Positions 33,125-42,698 of a stretch of 64,000 bases of DNA are shown one piece after another. Under the pieces are notes generated by a model, which saw only the letters and a list, made by a program, of their open reading frames with translations, searched no databases and was not told the origin of the DNA. The position numbers and the translations under genes are program-made. Numbering within the stretch: position 1 is the stretch's first letter; each line of letters opens with the position of its first letter. Source of the DNA: Prasinococcaceae sp. CCMP 1430 (Eukaryota > Plantae > Prasinodermophyta); contig RQSC01001262.1 of NCBI GenBank assembly GCA_013416795.1, positions 1 to 64,000 on the forward strand. The letters run 5' to 3'.

Positions 33125-33299
33125 TAGTTCTTTTTTCTGGTTTTTTCTCTTTTCTCCTGTGGTCGGAGAAGAAAGAAAGATTCAGAGTGGACCACATAGA
33201 GTCTCTGAGGATCCTACTAGACCTTAAAGGGTCGTTGGTGTCCTGCGGGTGAAGATTCTTTCCCGCATAGAGTGGTCTGTTCGAAGGCAGCTTTGGTGT
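33125..33299 (-). ncRNA. 5' fragment of group I intron at rnl site 1931 (P1 to P8 5' strand)
   Basis: IGS gctgcctt; P tatgcgggaaa; Q cccgcagg; R cctcagagactc (33198-33210); P3 gaccac (33272-33277) pairs gtggtc (33190-33195). Confidence 0.85.
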
Positions 33300-35150
33300 A
33301 CCTTAGTACTGTCAGTGATACAGCAGCCATTGGCCCGGTTTTCGATTTCCGGCAAACACCGGTCCTGTACAACGACGGGCATTGGGCACACGTCAGTCCC
33401 TATACGTCGTCTTTCGACTTTGCAGAGACCTGTGGTTTTAATAACCAGTCCCCGGCCACATTTTTCTGCGACTCCAGTCAGACTGGAGCCCTCCTTCTTG
33501 CGAACGTACGGAGTGAATTTGCCGAGTTCCTTAACCATGGGTCTCTCGACGCCTGAGTCTGTTCGACCCGCGCACCAGTGTCGGTTTAGGTACGGATACA
33601 GGGTTTTTGAACTTTTCCTGGACCTTCTTTTCTCAGACCTTTCTTCCCAAAGAAAAAACCTCAAAGAAAGAAAGCCGTCCTTCAAAAACATCCTCCATCA
33701 AAGTGAGACTTCTCTCATCTTCTTAGGATCCGTGTCTTCCACAGATGGTCAACAGTGCTGTGGAACCCGTGCGCATACGGCGACGGGGATTGGCTCCCCG
33801 AGCCTCGTTACTCATGTCAGCATGCTCACTCCCGAGTCCTCCAGAAAAAGTATCCTTTTTCCTTCAAAGGAACACAGGACGCTCCGCTACCAGAACGAAT
33901 CGTTCTCCGTCGTTTCGGTGGTGCCCTTCAGTCCCGAGTATGGTCGGCGCCAAAAAACTCATTCAGTGCGCTGGTACGCGATCATCATAGAACGGCTGCT
34001 TCCAAGCCCATCTCCTGAATGTCTCTGTTTTCTGACTTCCTTGCGCACTCAGGGCACACTTTGGGACCTTAACGGACGGTCTGGGCTCTTCCCCTCTCGA
34101 CCCTGGACCTTCGCGCCCAGAGTCTGTACAGATACCCACCCTTTGTCGGCCTTCGGAGTTTTCTTGGACTTCGTAAAGGTTTGGGCTCCCGTCATCCAAC
34201 AAGTGCTCTACCTCCGAAAAGGAGTCTGGGTCTAGTCTACCTACATAGATTTCGCGGAGAACCAGCTATCACCAGGCTTGGTAAGCCTTTCACTCCTTTC
34301 CACCCCTCATCCGAGAATTTTGCCACATTCACCGGTTCGGTCCTCCATCGAAAGACTTTCGACTTCAACCTGGAGATGGAAAGCTCGCCTGGCTTCGGGT
34401 CGTACACCCCCTATACACAGAAAAGAAAGAAAAAACCCTTATCGCATACGCTCAAGAGAAAATCCTTTCTTTGAAAACCAAGAAAGAAGCCTTTGTAAAC
34501 TCGGGTTTCCTCCTGCCTCCACCTTTGGGCTCAAGCCTTGGTTTTTTTTTGTACAGGTGAATCTACACTCGCTGACCCATTATGCAAAAGGTACGCCGTC
34601 ACCATGTCTGGCTCCGACCGTTTGATGTGCACCAGGATTCAGGTTCTTTTCAAGTCCTCATTCTTCGGAAGAAGTCTTCCGGATCGGTTCTTTTCACCCT
34701 TCCCTCACGGTACATCCTGCGCTATCGGTTCTTCTAGGTATCCAACCTTCAGAGGGTGGTCCCCCTGTCTTCCATCGGTGTGATCCGATGTACTCATTCT
34801 TTTCTCTGTCGACCCAGTCTTTCCTGTACAGGGCTTTCACCTTCTTTGGCCCGGGATTCCACCACGGTTCAAGAAAAGAAGAAGGTCGACCTTCTTTGGG
34901 GTTTTTCACCAAAAAAAGAGAGGTTTGGTCCGGGGTCGATCACATCTACTGCCGGAGTCTCGGTTGATCAGTCTTCCTCGGGGTACTGAGATGTTTCACT
35001 TCCCCCGGTGTTTGTTCTGTCTGAGCTTGTGCTCTTGGGAAATCAAAACTTTGTCGCGGTGTGCTAAAGTTTTGCCTTTCGTTTTGGTGTACGTCCCTTT
35101 CCTAGAAGACCAGGGCATCCCCCTGGTGCATCCTCTCTCTCTACGATTCC
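33300..35150 (-). rRNA. rnl: LSU rRNA exon 1 (5' part to E. coli-equivalent 1931); 5' end approximate
   Basis: ggatgccctgg, gaaacatctcagtacc, taatgggtcagcgagt, aaggaactcggcaa; ends ctaaggt. Confidence 0.93.
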
Positions 35151-35169
35151 ACGAATACTTTTTCAGCGG

Positions 35170-35242
35170 TAGCAGCGGTGGGGATCGAACCCACGGCCCT
35201 AGGAGTATGAATCCTATGCTCGTACCACTGAGCTACACTGCC
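35170..35242 (-). tRNA. trnM: tRNA with CAU anticodon (elongator Met, or Ile if lysidinylated)
   Basis: Cloverleaf, stem tagga/tccta, loop ttCATac. Confidence 0.85.
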
Positions 35243-35252
35243 AAAGTGGAAA

Positions 35253-35358
35253 GCCCTCCATCGCGGTCCCAGTCTTCCGGTACAGCGAACCTTCAGAAAA
35301 AGACGGGTCGAAAAAGGATCGTGTAGGTTTTTCTGAATGCACTGACTTCCCTAGAGGC
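35253..35358 (-). rRNA. rrn5: probable 5S rRNA
   Basis: acacgatcctttttcgacc resembles the loop C motif of plant mt 5S rRNA; terminal stem possible; length about 106 nt. Confidence 0.55.
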
Positions 35359-35499
35359 GGTCTATGAAGATCTTTCTTTTGTTTTTCTGTCTGCGACCGG
35401 TTTAATGGTGACACTTTGTCCGGTCTCTTGAAAGGATTCTTTCTCTTTCGCTTTTTTCTTTAAAAAAGTCCGGTTTTGATGCTCATCCTGTACACACTT

Positions 35500-36255
35500 A
35501 TGGTTTTCAGTCCTTTGGAACAGTTCGCCATCATTCGACTTCTCACCCTTCGGGTTGGAGGGCTCGATCTTTCCATCACAAACTCCTTCCTCATGACCGT
35601 TTTGGGGTTGAGTCTGCTTTTGGGTGCCTATGTTTACACCCTTCAAGGAACAGGAGGAAAGCTTGTTCCGACCTACACCCAGGTCTGTGTGGAGTCTCAG
35701 TATACCTTTATCAAAGGGTTGGTTGGAGACCAACTTGGAAAGGAAGGGTATCCCTACCTTTCTCTTATCTATGTGGTCTTTACCTTGATTCTGGGATGTA
35801 ACCTTATCGGAATGGTTCCCTATTCCTTTACACCGACCTCCCACTTTATCTTTACCCTTGGATTGTCCCTTTCCCTCTTTATTGGGCTTGTGATTATTGG
35901 GTTCTCACGCCATGGGCTTCACTTCTTTAGCCTCCTTCTTCCTGCAGGAACCCCTCTTGGACTTGCACCCTTCCTTGTTCTTCTTGAACTGATTTCCTAT
36001 GTCTTTAAGGTGATCAGTCTTGGGGTTCGACTCGCAGCAAACATGCTTGCGGGACACTGTCTTTTGAAGATTCTTGCTGGGTTTGTATGGACTATGGTTC
36101 TGAGTGGGTCACCTTTGCTTATGCTTGCGGGAAGTCTTCCCTTTGGAGCCATTGTTATCTTGACCGGAGTGGAATTCGGAATTGCAGGGATTCAGGCATA
36201 CGTGTTTACTATGCTTTTCTGTATCTACCTTCAAGAGGCTTTGAACCTTCACTGA
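35500..36255 (+). CDS. atp6: ATP synthase subunit 6
   Basis: SPLEQF; NLIGMVPYSFTPTSH; SLGVRLAANMLAGH; IQAYVF. Confidence 0.97.
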   Translation: MVFSPLEQFAIIRLLTLRVGGLDLSITNSFLMTVLGLSLLLGAYVYTLQGTGGKLVPTYTQVCVESQYTFIKGLVGDQLGKEGYPYLSLIYVVFTLILGCNLIGMVPYSFTPTSHFIFTLGLSLSLFIGLVIIGFSRHGLHFFSLLLPAGTPLGLAPFLVLLELISYVFKVISLGVRLAANMLAGHCLLKILAGFVWTMVLSGSPLLMLAGSLPFGAIVILTGVEFGIAGIQAYVFTMLFCIYLQEALNLH

Positions 36256-36264
36256 GGATAGAAC

Positions 36265-36337
36265 GCGCCTATAGCTCAATGGATAGGGCGTCGCACTTCG
36301 GATGCGAAGATTGAGGGTTCGAGTCCTTCTAGGCGTA
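36265..36337 (+). tRNA. trnR: tRNA-Arg(UCG)
   Basis: Cloverleaf, stem tcgca/tgcga, loop ctTCGga. Confidence 0.88.
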
Positions 36338-36392
36338 GACTCCTTTCCTTTTCCCAGACCCTCAAGTGTGTGCACCCTTTTCCCAGCCTTTG

Positions 36393-36465
36393 GAGCCTGT
36401 AGCTCAGTCGGGAGAGCGCACCCTTGATAAGGGTGAGGTCCGTTGTTCGAACCAACGTAGGCTCA
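36393..36465 (+). tRNA. trnI: tRNA-Ile(GAU)
   Basis: Cloverleaf, loop ttGATaa. Confidence 0.9.
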
Positions 36466-36470
36466 GATTT

Positions 36471-36542
36471 GGAAGGATAGTTTCAATGGTAAAATGGCGG
36501 TCTCCAAAACCGGCGTTGGGGGTTCGAGCCCCTCTCCTTCTG
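36471..36542 (+). tRNA. trnW: tRNA-Trp(CCA)
   Basis: Cloverleaf, loop ctCCAaa; consistent with UGA used as stop. Confidence 0.88.
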
Positions 36543-36587
36543 AAGAAGGTTCTCAGAAAGAAACCCGTCATCTGACCGAGAAAGAAG

Positions 36588-36659
36588 GCTCCCTTCGTCT
36601 AGGGGTAAGGACATAACCTTTTCGAGGTTGAAACACGGGTTCGAATCCCGTAGGGAGCA
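36588..36659 (+). tRNA. trnE: tRNA-Glu(UUC)
   Basis: Cloverleaf, loop ttTTCga. Confidence 0.88.
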
Positions 36660-36793
36660 GGAAAGAAAGGAAGTCTTTCTTTTTTCAGACTCTTTTTTCT
36701 GAAAAACTCAGTCTTTTTTCTTGTGTTTCCCTTTCTTTTTCTTTTGTACAGAAAGAAAGCTTCCACCAGTCTCCTTTTTCTTTCTTTGACTGA

Positions 36794-37786
36794 ATGACAC
36801 TTCTTACCTTTGTCTTCCAACTTACCCAGATTCTTGGTCTTCTTCTTCCTTTGTTGATTGCGGTTGCCTACCTTACCCTTGCAGAGCGAAAGATTATGGG
36901 GGCCATGCAACGACGAAAGGGGCCGGATGTGGTTGGTCTCTGGGGGCTTTTCCAGCCCCTTGCGGATGCTTTGAAGCTTCTTGTGAAAGAGGCTGCCCTT
37001 CCTACCCTTTCAGATATTCACCTTTTTGTTGCCGCCCCAGTCCTTACCTTTATTTTTGCAATGATGGGGTGGGCTGCTCTTCCTCTTTCAGAGGATGCTG
37101 TTCTTGTGGACCTTGATCTTGGAATTTTGTATATTTTTGCAACAGGGTCTTTGGGGGTGTATGGAATCATTATTGCAGGGTGGGCATCGAACTCAAAGTA
37201 TGCCTTTCTTGGAGCCCTCCGATCGACCGCACAGATGGTTTCCTATGAGGTTTCTATTGGACTTATTTTGATTTCCGTCCTTCTCTGTACAGGGTCTCTT
37301 CAAATTGCTTCTATTGTGAAAGCCCAGGAGGAAGTCTGGCTTGTCCTCCCTCTCTTCCCTATTGCTCTTCTTTTCTTCATTTCTTGTCTTGCGGAAACGA
37401 ATCGAGCACCCTTTGACCTTCCAGAAGCGGAGGCGGAGTTGGTTGCAGGGTACAACGTTGAATACGGGTCTATGGGGTTTGCCCTCTTCTTTCTTGGAGA
37501 GTATGCAAACATGATTCTCATGTCTGCCCTTCTTGTCCTTCTCTTCCTTGGTGGGTGGCACCCTCCTCTTATGGTCTTTCCTTTGACCATGATTCCTGGA
37601 GGGTTCTGGTATGCAGTCAAAACCCTCTTCCTTCTTCTTGGGTATATTTGGGTTCGAGCCAGTCTTCCTCGATACCGATATGACCAACTTATGGCCCTTG
37701 GGTGGAAGGTCTTCCTCCCTCTTTCCCTTGGATGGGTCTGTATGTTGAGTGGTCTTCTTCTTGGATTGAACGCTCTTCCAATGTAA
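36794..37786 (+). CDS. nad1: NADH dehydrogenase subunit 1, copy 1
   Basis: [14 protein letters not shown]; [26 protein letters not shown]. Confidence 0.98.
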   Translation: MTLLTFVFQLTQILGLLLPLLIAVAYLTLAERKIMGAMQRRKGPDVVGLWGLFQPLADALKLLVKEAALPTLSDIHLFVAAPVLTFIFAMMGWAALPLSEDAVLVDLDLGILYIFATGSLGVYGIIIAGWASNSKYAFLGALRSTAQMVSYEVSIGLILISVLLCTGSLQIASIVKAQEEVWLVLPLFPIALLFFISCLAETNRAPFDLPEAEAELVAGYNVEYGSMGFALFFLGEYANMILMSALLVLLFLGGWHPPLMVFPLTMIPGGFWYAVKTLFLLLGYIWVRASLPRYRYDQLMALGWKVFLPLSLGWVCMLSGLLLGLNALPM

Positions 37787-37872
37787 ACCTTTCTTTTCCC
37801 ATATGGTCAAATATGTGTCTTTTTTCCCATACGGTCAAAGAAAGAGAGGGTTTCTTTCAAAGACTGAGACAC

Positions 37873-37945
37873 GGCAGCATGGGCCAATTGGAAGGCTGCG
37901 AGGCTCATGACCTCGAGTGTCCTGGTTCGAATCCAGGTGCTGCTC
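37873..37945 (+). tRNA. trnM: tRNA-Met(CAU), copy 1, possibly initiator
   Basis: Cloverleaf, loop ctCATga. Confidence 0.85.
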
Positions 37946-37980
37946 TCACCTTCACCCTAGACCACCCACAGATTTTTTGT

Positions 37981-38619
37981 ATGACTACGGTACTCTTCTA
38001 TTTCCTTGGCCTTATCGGTCTTGTCTCAGCATTTTCAGTTGTCTGGGCACACAACCCTGTGCATTCCGTCCTTGCGCTGGTTGCTGCTTTCGCTGGAGGT
38101 GGATGTATCTGTCTTTTGATGGACCTTGACTTTTTTGGACTTACGCTTTTGGTTGTCTATGTAGGAGCAATTAGTGTTCTCTTTCTTTTTGTTATTATGA
38201 TGTTGAATTTGAAAGAAGAAAGCATCAGTTTGAAAACAGCACCCTCTCTTCTTCTCGGATTGACTTTTATTGCTTTGTTTTACTACATTCTTCACTCTGC
38301 CCTTATGCCAACCTTTCCAACTCCAGGAAGCCTTCCCCCTTTGGGCGGGCATATCGGGCCGGACCCACTCGGGTTGATTAACCTTCTTCCAGAAATTGAA
38401 GACCAAACAACCTTGGTCACTGTGGGAATTCAACTCTTCGGGGCAAAGATTGCGGAAGTTATGATTGCAAGTGGTATTCTTTTGGTAGCTATGGTAGGGG
38501 CTATTCACCTTACTCTTGAAAAGAATGCACACACAAAAACGCAAAACCCAGTCTCTCAGATGTTGCGAGATGCGAGTCGATCCACTGTCAAGTATGCATA
38601 TAAACCTTCTCAAGACTGA
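37981..38619 (+). CDS. nad6: NADH dehydrogenase subunit 6
   Basis: NPVHSVLALV; YVGAISVLFLFVIMML; LLVAMVGAI.L. Confidence 0.95.
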   Translation: MTTVLFYFLGLIGLVSAFSVVWAHNPVHSVLALVAAFAGGGCICLLMDLDFFGLTLLVVYVGAISVLFLFVIMMLNLKEESISLKTAPSLLLGLTFIALFYYILHSALMPTFPTPGSLPPLGGHIGPDPLGLINLLPEIEDQTTLVTVGIQLFGAKIAEVMIASGILLVAMVGAIHLTLEKNAHTKTQNPVSQMLRDASRSTVKYAYKPSQD

Positions 38620-38761
38620 TCTCTCTTGAAAAGGAAATAATTAATTTTTTATTTATATTTCAGGGTCGGTTGGCTTTCCAAGAAAACCTTTTTTGTTGAC
38701 CCGAAAAAAGAGAGTGAAAAGAGAAAGTCTTTGGTTTTCTTTGAAAAAAAGACCAATCTTT

Positions 38762-39565
38762 TCAGAGTCCACCCCACCAGTAAATACTTACAAAAAGGAA
38801 GAGCCAGACAACATCGACGAAGTGCCAATACCATGCTGCGGCTTCAAACCCAAAGTGGTGTCGGGGAGTCATGTGGCCTTGAAGCTCTCGCCACATACAA
38901 ACCCCAAGGAAGATAGACCCAATACACACGTGAAATCCGTGGAACCCTGTTGCAAGGAAGAAGACAGACCCGTACACCGAATCAGACATTGAAAAGGTTG
39001 CTTCCATATACTCAAGAGACTGAAGCATAGTAAAGATTGCTCCGAGTGCAAGAGTGTAAGTCAGTCCGTCTTGGGTGTTTTCGTGATCGTTATTCACAAG
39101 GGCATGGTGTGCCCAAGTGACAGAAGCCCCAGAGGTCAAAAGAATCAAGGTGTTCAAAAAGGGAACACCCCAAGGATCCAAAACCTCGATTCCTTTTGGA
39201 GGCCACATAGCTCCAATTTCTACAGTGGGAGCAAGGCTTGAATGGAAGAAAGCCCAGAAAAAGGCCAAGAAAAACATAACCTCACTCACGATGAAAAGAA
39301 GCATTCCCCATCGAAGGCCGGCTTGGACAGTCATAGTATGGTGGCCTTCGTAGGTTGACTCACGAACAATATCTCGCCACCATACGTACATCACGTACAG
39401 AATGATTGCGAATCCGATGAAGAAAAGGTTTGATCCTCCCTCAAACCCGTGCATAGAAAGCACGGCTCCAATGGTGAGACACAAAGCTCCAAGAGAGGCA
39501 AAAAAGGGCCACGGACTTGGGTCCACCAGGTGGTAAGGGTGACGTTGCACTGAAGTTGATGCCAT
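38762..39565 (-). CDS. cox3: cytochrome c oxidase subunit 3
   Basis: [12 protein letters not shown]; TGFHGFHV; [14 protein letters not shown]. Confidence 0.98.
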   Translation of the reverse strand: MASTSVQRHPYHLVDPSPWPFFASLGALCLTIGAVLSMHGFEGGSNLFFIGFAIILYVMYVWWRDIVRESTYEGHHTMTVQAGLRWGMLLFIVSEVMFFLAFFWAFFHSSLAPTVEIGAMWPPKGIEVLDPWGVPFLNTLILLTSGASVTWAHHALVNNDHENTQDGLTYTLALGAIFTMLQSLEYMEATFSMSDSVYGSVFFLATGFHGFHVCIGSIFLGVCMWRELQGHMTPRHHFGFEAAAWYWHFVDVVWLFLFVSIYWWGGL

Positions 39566-39690
39566 TGTAAAAAGAGAAATACACTCACAGTGTGTGGAAA
39601 AAAAGGAAAGGAAGGTTTTTGAGAAAAGAAGGAAAAGACTTTCAAACTCTCGGTCTGACCGACAAAGAAAACCATCCAAAGAAAAAAAGA

Positions 39691-40434
39691 TCAGATATCT
39701 TCCATCTTTACTCGAAGCCAGTCAACGTACTGAGGCATGGTGACAGACTCCACAGCAATCGGCATAAACCCATGGTTCATTCCACAAATTTCACTACACT
39801 GTCCATAGAAAAGACCGACTCGATCCATGTACAGAGAAACTTGGTTCAGTCGTCCAGGAACAGCATCACACTTCAATGCAAGACTTGGAACAGCCCAGCA
39901 ATGAAGAACGTCTGCACTTGTAATAAGGACGCGAACGTGTGAGTGAACAGGAAGAACAACCCGGTTATCAACCTCAAGCAATCGAAGATCACCTGGAAGA
40001 AGGTCGTCCTCTGCAATCATATACGAATCATATACAATTGAAGTCTCGTTATCCTGAGCATAATCTGAATACTCATAGGTCCAATACCATTGGTGACCAA
40101 CAACTTTCAAAGTAATTGCCGGGTCAACCACCTCATCCATTGAGTAAAGCAATGCAAAAGAAGGCATTGCAATCAACATAAGAATAAGACTTGGGGTCAC
40201 GGTCCAAATAATTTCAAGTTCTGTTCCGTGGGTGGTTGAATCCGCACCGATACTTGTCCCTTTTACGAAGTGCATAAGACATCGAACCATAAGGAAACAA
40301 ACCATAACCACAATTGCGATCAAGAAAAACATAATATCGTGGTGAAGATCATAGATCCCAGCCATTGCTGGAGATGCAGGATCCTGAAACCCATATTGCC
40401 ATGGGATAGCGTGATCAGCGTACACAGTGAACAT
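39691..40434 (-). CDS. cox2: cytochrome c oxidase subunit 2
   Basis: [10 protein letters not shown]; DVLHCW; [15 protein letters not shown] CuA motif. Confidence 0.98.
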   Translation of the reverse strand: MFTVYADHAIPWQYGFQDPASPAMAGIYDLHHDIMFFLIAIVVMVCFLMVRCLMHFVKGTSIGADSTTHGTELEIIWTVTPSLILMLIAMPSFALLYSMDEVVDPAITLKVVGHQWYWTYEYSDYAQDNETSIVYDSYMIAEDDLLPGDLRLLEVDNRVVLPVHSHVRVLITSADVLHCWAVPSLALKCDAVPGRLNQVSLYMDRVGLFYGQCSEICGMNHGFMPIAVESVTMPQYVDWLRVKMEDI

Positions 40435-40646
40435 CAAAAATCGAAAGAAAAAAGAAAGGAAGGTTCCTTTCTGCAAGAAAGAAAAAGAAAAAAGGGTGAC
40501 GGAAGGAAAGATTTTTTGATCGAAGGCTTCCCTATGGAGGGACACACCCTTTAGTTTCAGAAAGAAAAAATCTACTTTTGTGGTCTCTTCCTTTGACACA
40601 AAGAAAGAATGTCCCTTCAAAAAGGAAAAACTCTCTCTCTTTCCTA

Positions 40647-40719
40647 TGATCGACACAGGATTCGAACCTGTGACACCAAGAGCTTCAATCTTGTGCTCTA
40701 CCAACTGAGCTAGTCGATC
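40647..40719 (-). tRNA. trnF: tRNA-Phe(GAA)
   Basis: Cloverleaf, loop ttGAAgc. Confidence 0.88.
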
Positions 40720-40778
40720 CTAAAAAAGAAATCAAAGGGTTTTTGAAGGAAAAAAGGAGGGTTTTCTACGAAAAAACC

Positions 40779-40851
40779 CGACCAAACTGGGATTCGAACC
40801 CAGAACTCCCGCATTAACAGTGCGACGTTCTACCAAATGAACTTTTTGGTC
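40779..40851 (-). tRNA. trnN: tRNA-Asn(GUU)
   Basis: Cloverleaf, loop ctGTTaa. Confidence 0.88.
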
Positions 40852-40960
40852 GTTCTCCAAAAGGGCGGTTAACCTTGAAAAGTCTTCACATACGAAAACT
40901 TTTTCGAAAGAAGAGGAAGAAAACCCTTCGTTTCTGGCAAACAAAGAAAACCAAACCTTC

Positions 40961-42589
40961 TCATCGAAGAACAAGGGAAAGGGCAACATATTTAGCCCCA
41001 GTCAAGAAAGCTTGTGGCCAAAGACCAAACCCAAGAATAAGAAGGGTCATTCCGCCAATCAACCCTGCTTGATAGTCATCAGGGGTTTCCCATTCATGAA
41101 CATCTGTGGGCTGGCCTTCAAAATACATAATACTTACAAGTCGAAGATAATAGAACGTTGAAACAACGGAAGTAAGAAGACCCAAAAGAGCAATCCCATA
41201 GGCGTGGGCTTCAACGGCTGCCATAAGAACAAGAGCCTTTGAAGCAAATCCAGCAAGTGGGGGAATCCCAGCCATGCTAAGAACGCCAACACTGAGGCAG
41301 AAGGCCATCATTGGGTGGGTGTGTCCTAGGCCTTGAAGCTCATGCAATCGAAGAATCCGTCGGCTTTCTCCTGCACTTCGAAGAGAAAGAAGGATTCCGA
41401 ACACCAAGAGAGACATACAAATATACAGACTCATGTACACAAGGGTTGCTGTATACCCGCTTTCTCCAACACAAGAAAGTGAGAGAAGAATCCATCCCAC
41501 ATGTCCAATTGAAGAATAGGCAAAAACCCGCTTCAACTTTGTTTGGGCAAGAGCTCCCCAGGCTCCCACAAGAAAGGAAAGACCAGCACATCCTCCGAAG
41601 AGAATACCCCAGGCTTCATACACGGAAGCTGGTGAAAGACTGAGGATTCGAAGAACCAAACTAAAGAGTGCCATCTTTGGTCCCACCGCAAAGAAGGCTG
41701 TCACTGGTGTTGGTGCACCTTCATACACATCAGGAACCCAAATATGGAAGGGAGCAGCTCCCACTTTAAACATAAGACCGACCCCAAGACAAAGAAGTCC
41801 CATAAGAAGAGGAGTATCAAGAGTGGTCGATTCTGACGCTTGAAGAAAAAGGGAAATATCATCCAATTTTGTAAACCCGGTCAATCCATACAGAAGACTT
41901 GCCCCAAAAAGGAAGATAGCAGATGCAAGGGCTCCAAGAACAAAGTATTTCAACCCAGCTTCAACAGAAAGCACACTCTGACGTTTTGAAGCTGCAAGAA
42001 CATAGAGACACATTGATTGAAACTCAATGCAAAGGTACACCATCAAAAGGTCATTTGCTTGGACAAGAAGAATCATACTCAGTCCCGCGTACAAAATAAG
42101 AGCGTTAATTTCGTACGGAGGAAGGCGATCCAAAAAATGTGTATGGTAGGATCCCGCAAGAAGGATGGTTGCAAGGGTCGCACAAAGCAAAAGAACACTG
42201 AGGTAGGAAGCCAAAGGATCCAAACAAAGCCCTTTATTAAAAATCTCTCGATCGATCCCATCCACTCCATTCATATAAAGAGTGGCAGTCAAAAGAAGAG
42301 TGAACCCTCCAAGCAATCCATAAGGACCGCTCAAAGCCGGATACTTGTAGGATTGCGTGGTTGCAATCCATACAGCCCACATGAGAAGGAAAAGCCCCAT
42401 AAGACTTAGATAGGTCTCTGGAAGGAAGTAGACCCAATCATAGTGAAAGAAAGATTCGGGATGGTCGTACCCGTGCAATCCTGGAAGACTGTGTGTTTCA
42501 GCTTGGGCGCGGGCAATTGCCAAATCTTCGGTCGGGCTCGGAAGAAAGGGGGAGAAAAATGCCAATGGTTGAGAAGAAGGGGAGTGCAT
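40961..42589 (-). CDS. nad2: NADH dehydrogenase subunit 2; start uncertain
   Basis: EAGLKYFVLGALAS; FKVGAAPFHIWVPDVYEG; SMAGIPPLAGF. Confidence 0.95.
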   Translation of the reverse strand: MHSPSSQPLAFFSPFLPSPTEDLAIARAQAETHSLPGLHGYDHPESFFHYDWVYFLPETYLSLMGLFLLMWAVWIATTQSYKYPALSGPYGLLGGFTLLLTATLYMNGVDGIDREIFNKGLCLDPLASYLSVLLLCATLATILLAGSYHTHFLDRLPPYEINALILYAGLSMILLVQANDLLMVYLCIEFQSMCLYVLAASKRQSVLSVEAGLKYFVLGALASAIFLFGASLLYGLTGFTKLDDISLFLQASESTTLDTPLLMGLLCLGVGLMFKVGAAPFHIWVPDVYEGAPTPVTAFFAVGPKMALFSLVLRILSLSPASVYEAWGILFGGCAGLSFLVGAWGALAQTKLKRVFAYSSIGHVGWILLSLSCVGESGYTATLVYMSLYICMSLLVFGILLSLRSAGESRRILRLHELQGLGHTHPMMAFCLSVGVLSMAGIPPLAGFASKALVLMAAVEAHAYGIALLGLLTSVVSTFYYLRLVSIMYFEGQPTDVHEWETPDDYQAGLIGGMTLLILGFGLWPQAFLTGAKYVALSLVLR

Positions 42590-42698
42590 AATCAACAGAA
42601 AGGGTCCACGAAACCCAGGAAAAGAAAAAAAGCCAACAGACCCTGTGTGCCTGTTTTGAAAGTCATTCTTCGGAAGAGAGTTTTTCTTCAAAACTCTC

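Larger units (their letters stand above)
36645..37979. repeat. inverted repeat arm, 1335 bp, pairs with 46311-47645
   Basis: Ends aligned by hand (sum 84290); nad1 translations identical. Confidence 0.95.

Noticed and set aside
33221-33240. cctttaaggt as the 3' end of rnl exon 1
   Set aside because: Alignment to bacterial 23S places the exon end at 33300 (ctaaggt); 33221 lies within the intron core.
33249-34235. 328-aa ORF as a homing endonuclease or maturase
   Set aside because: It is antisense to conserved LSU rRNA sequence and has no LAGLIDADG, GIY-YIG or HNH motif; neither split intron carries an ORF.
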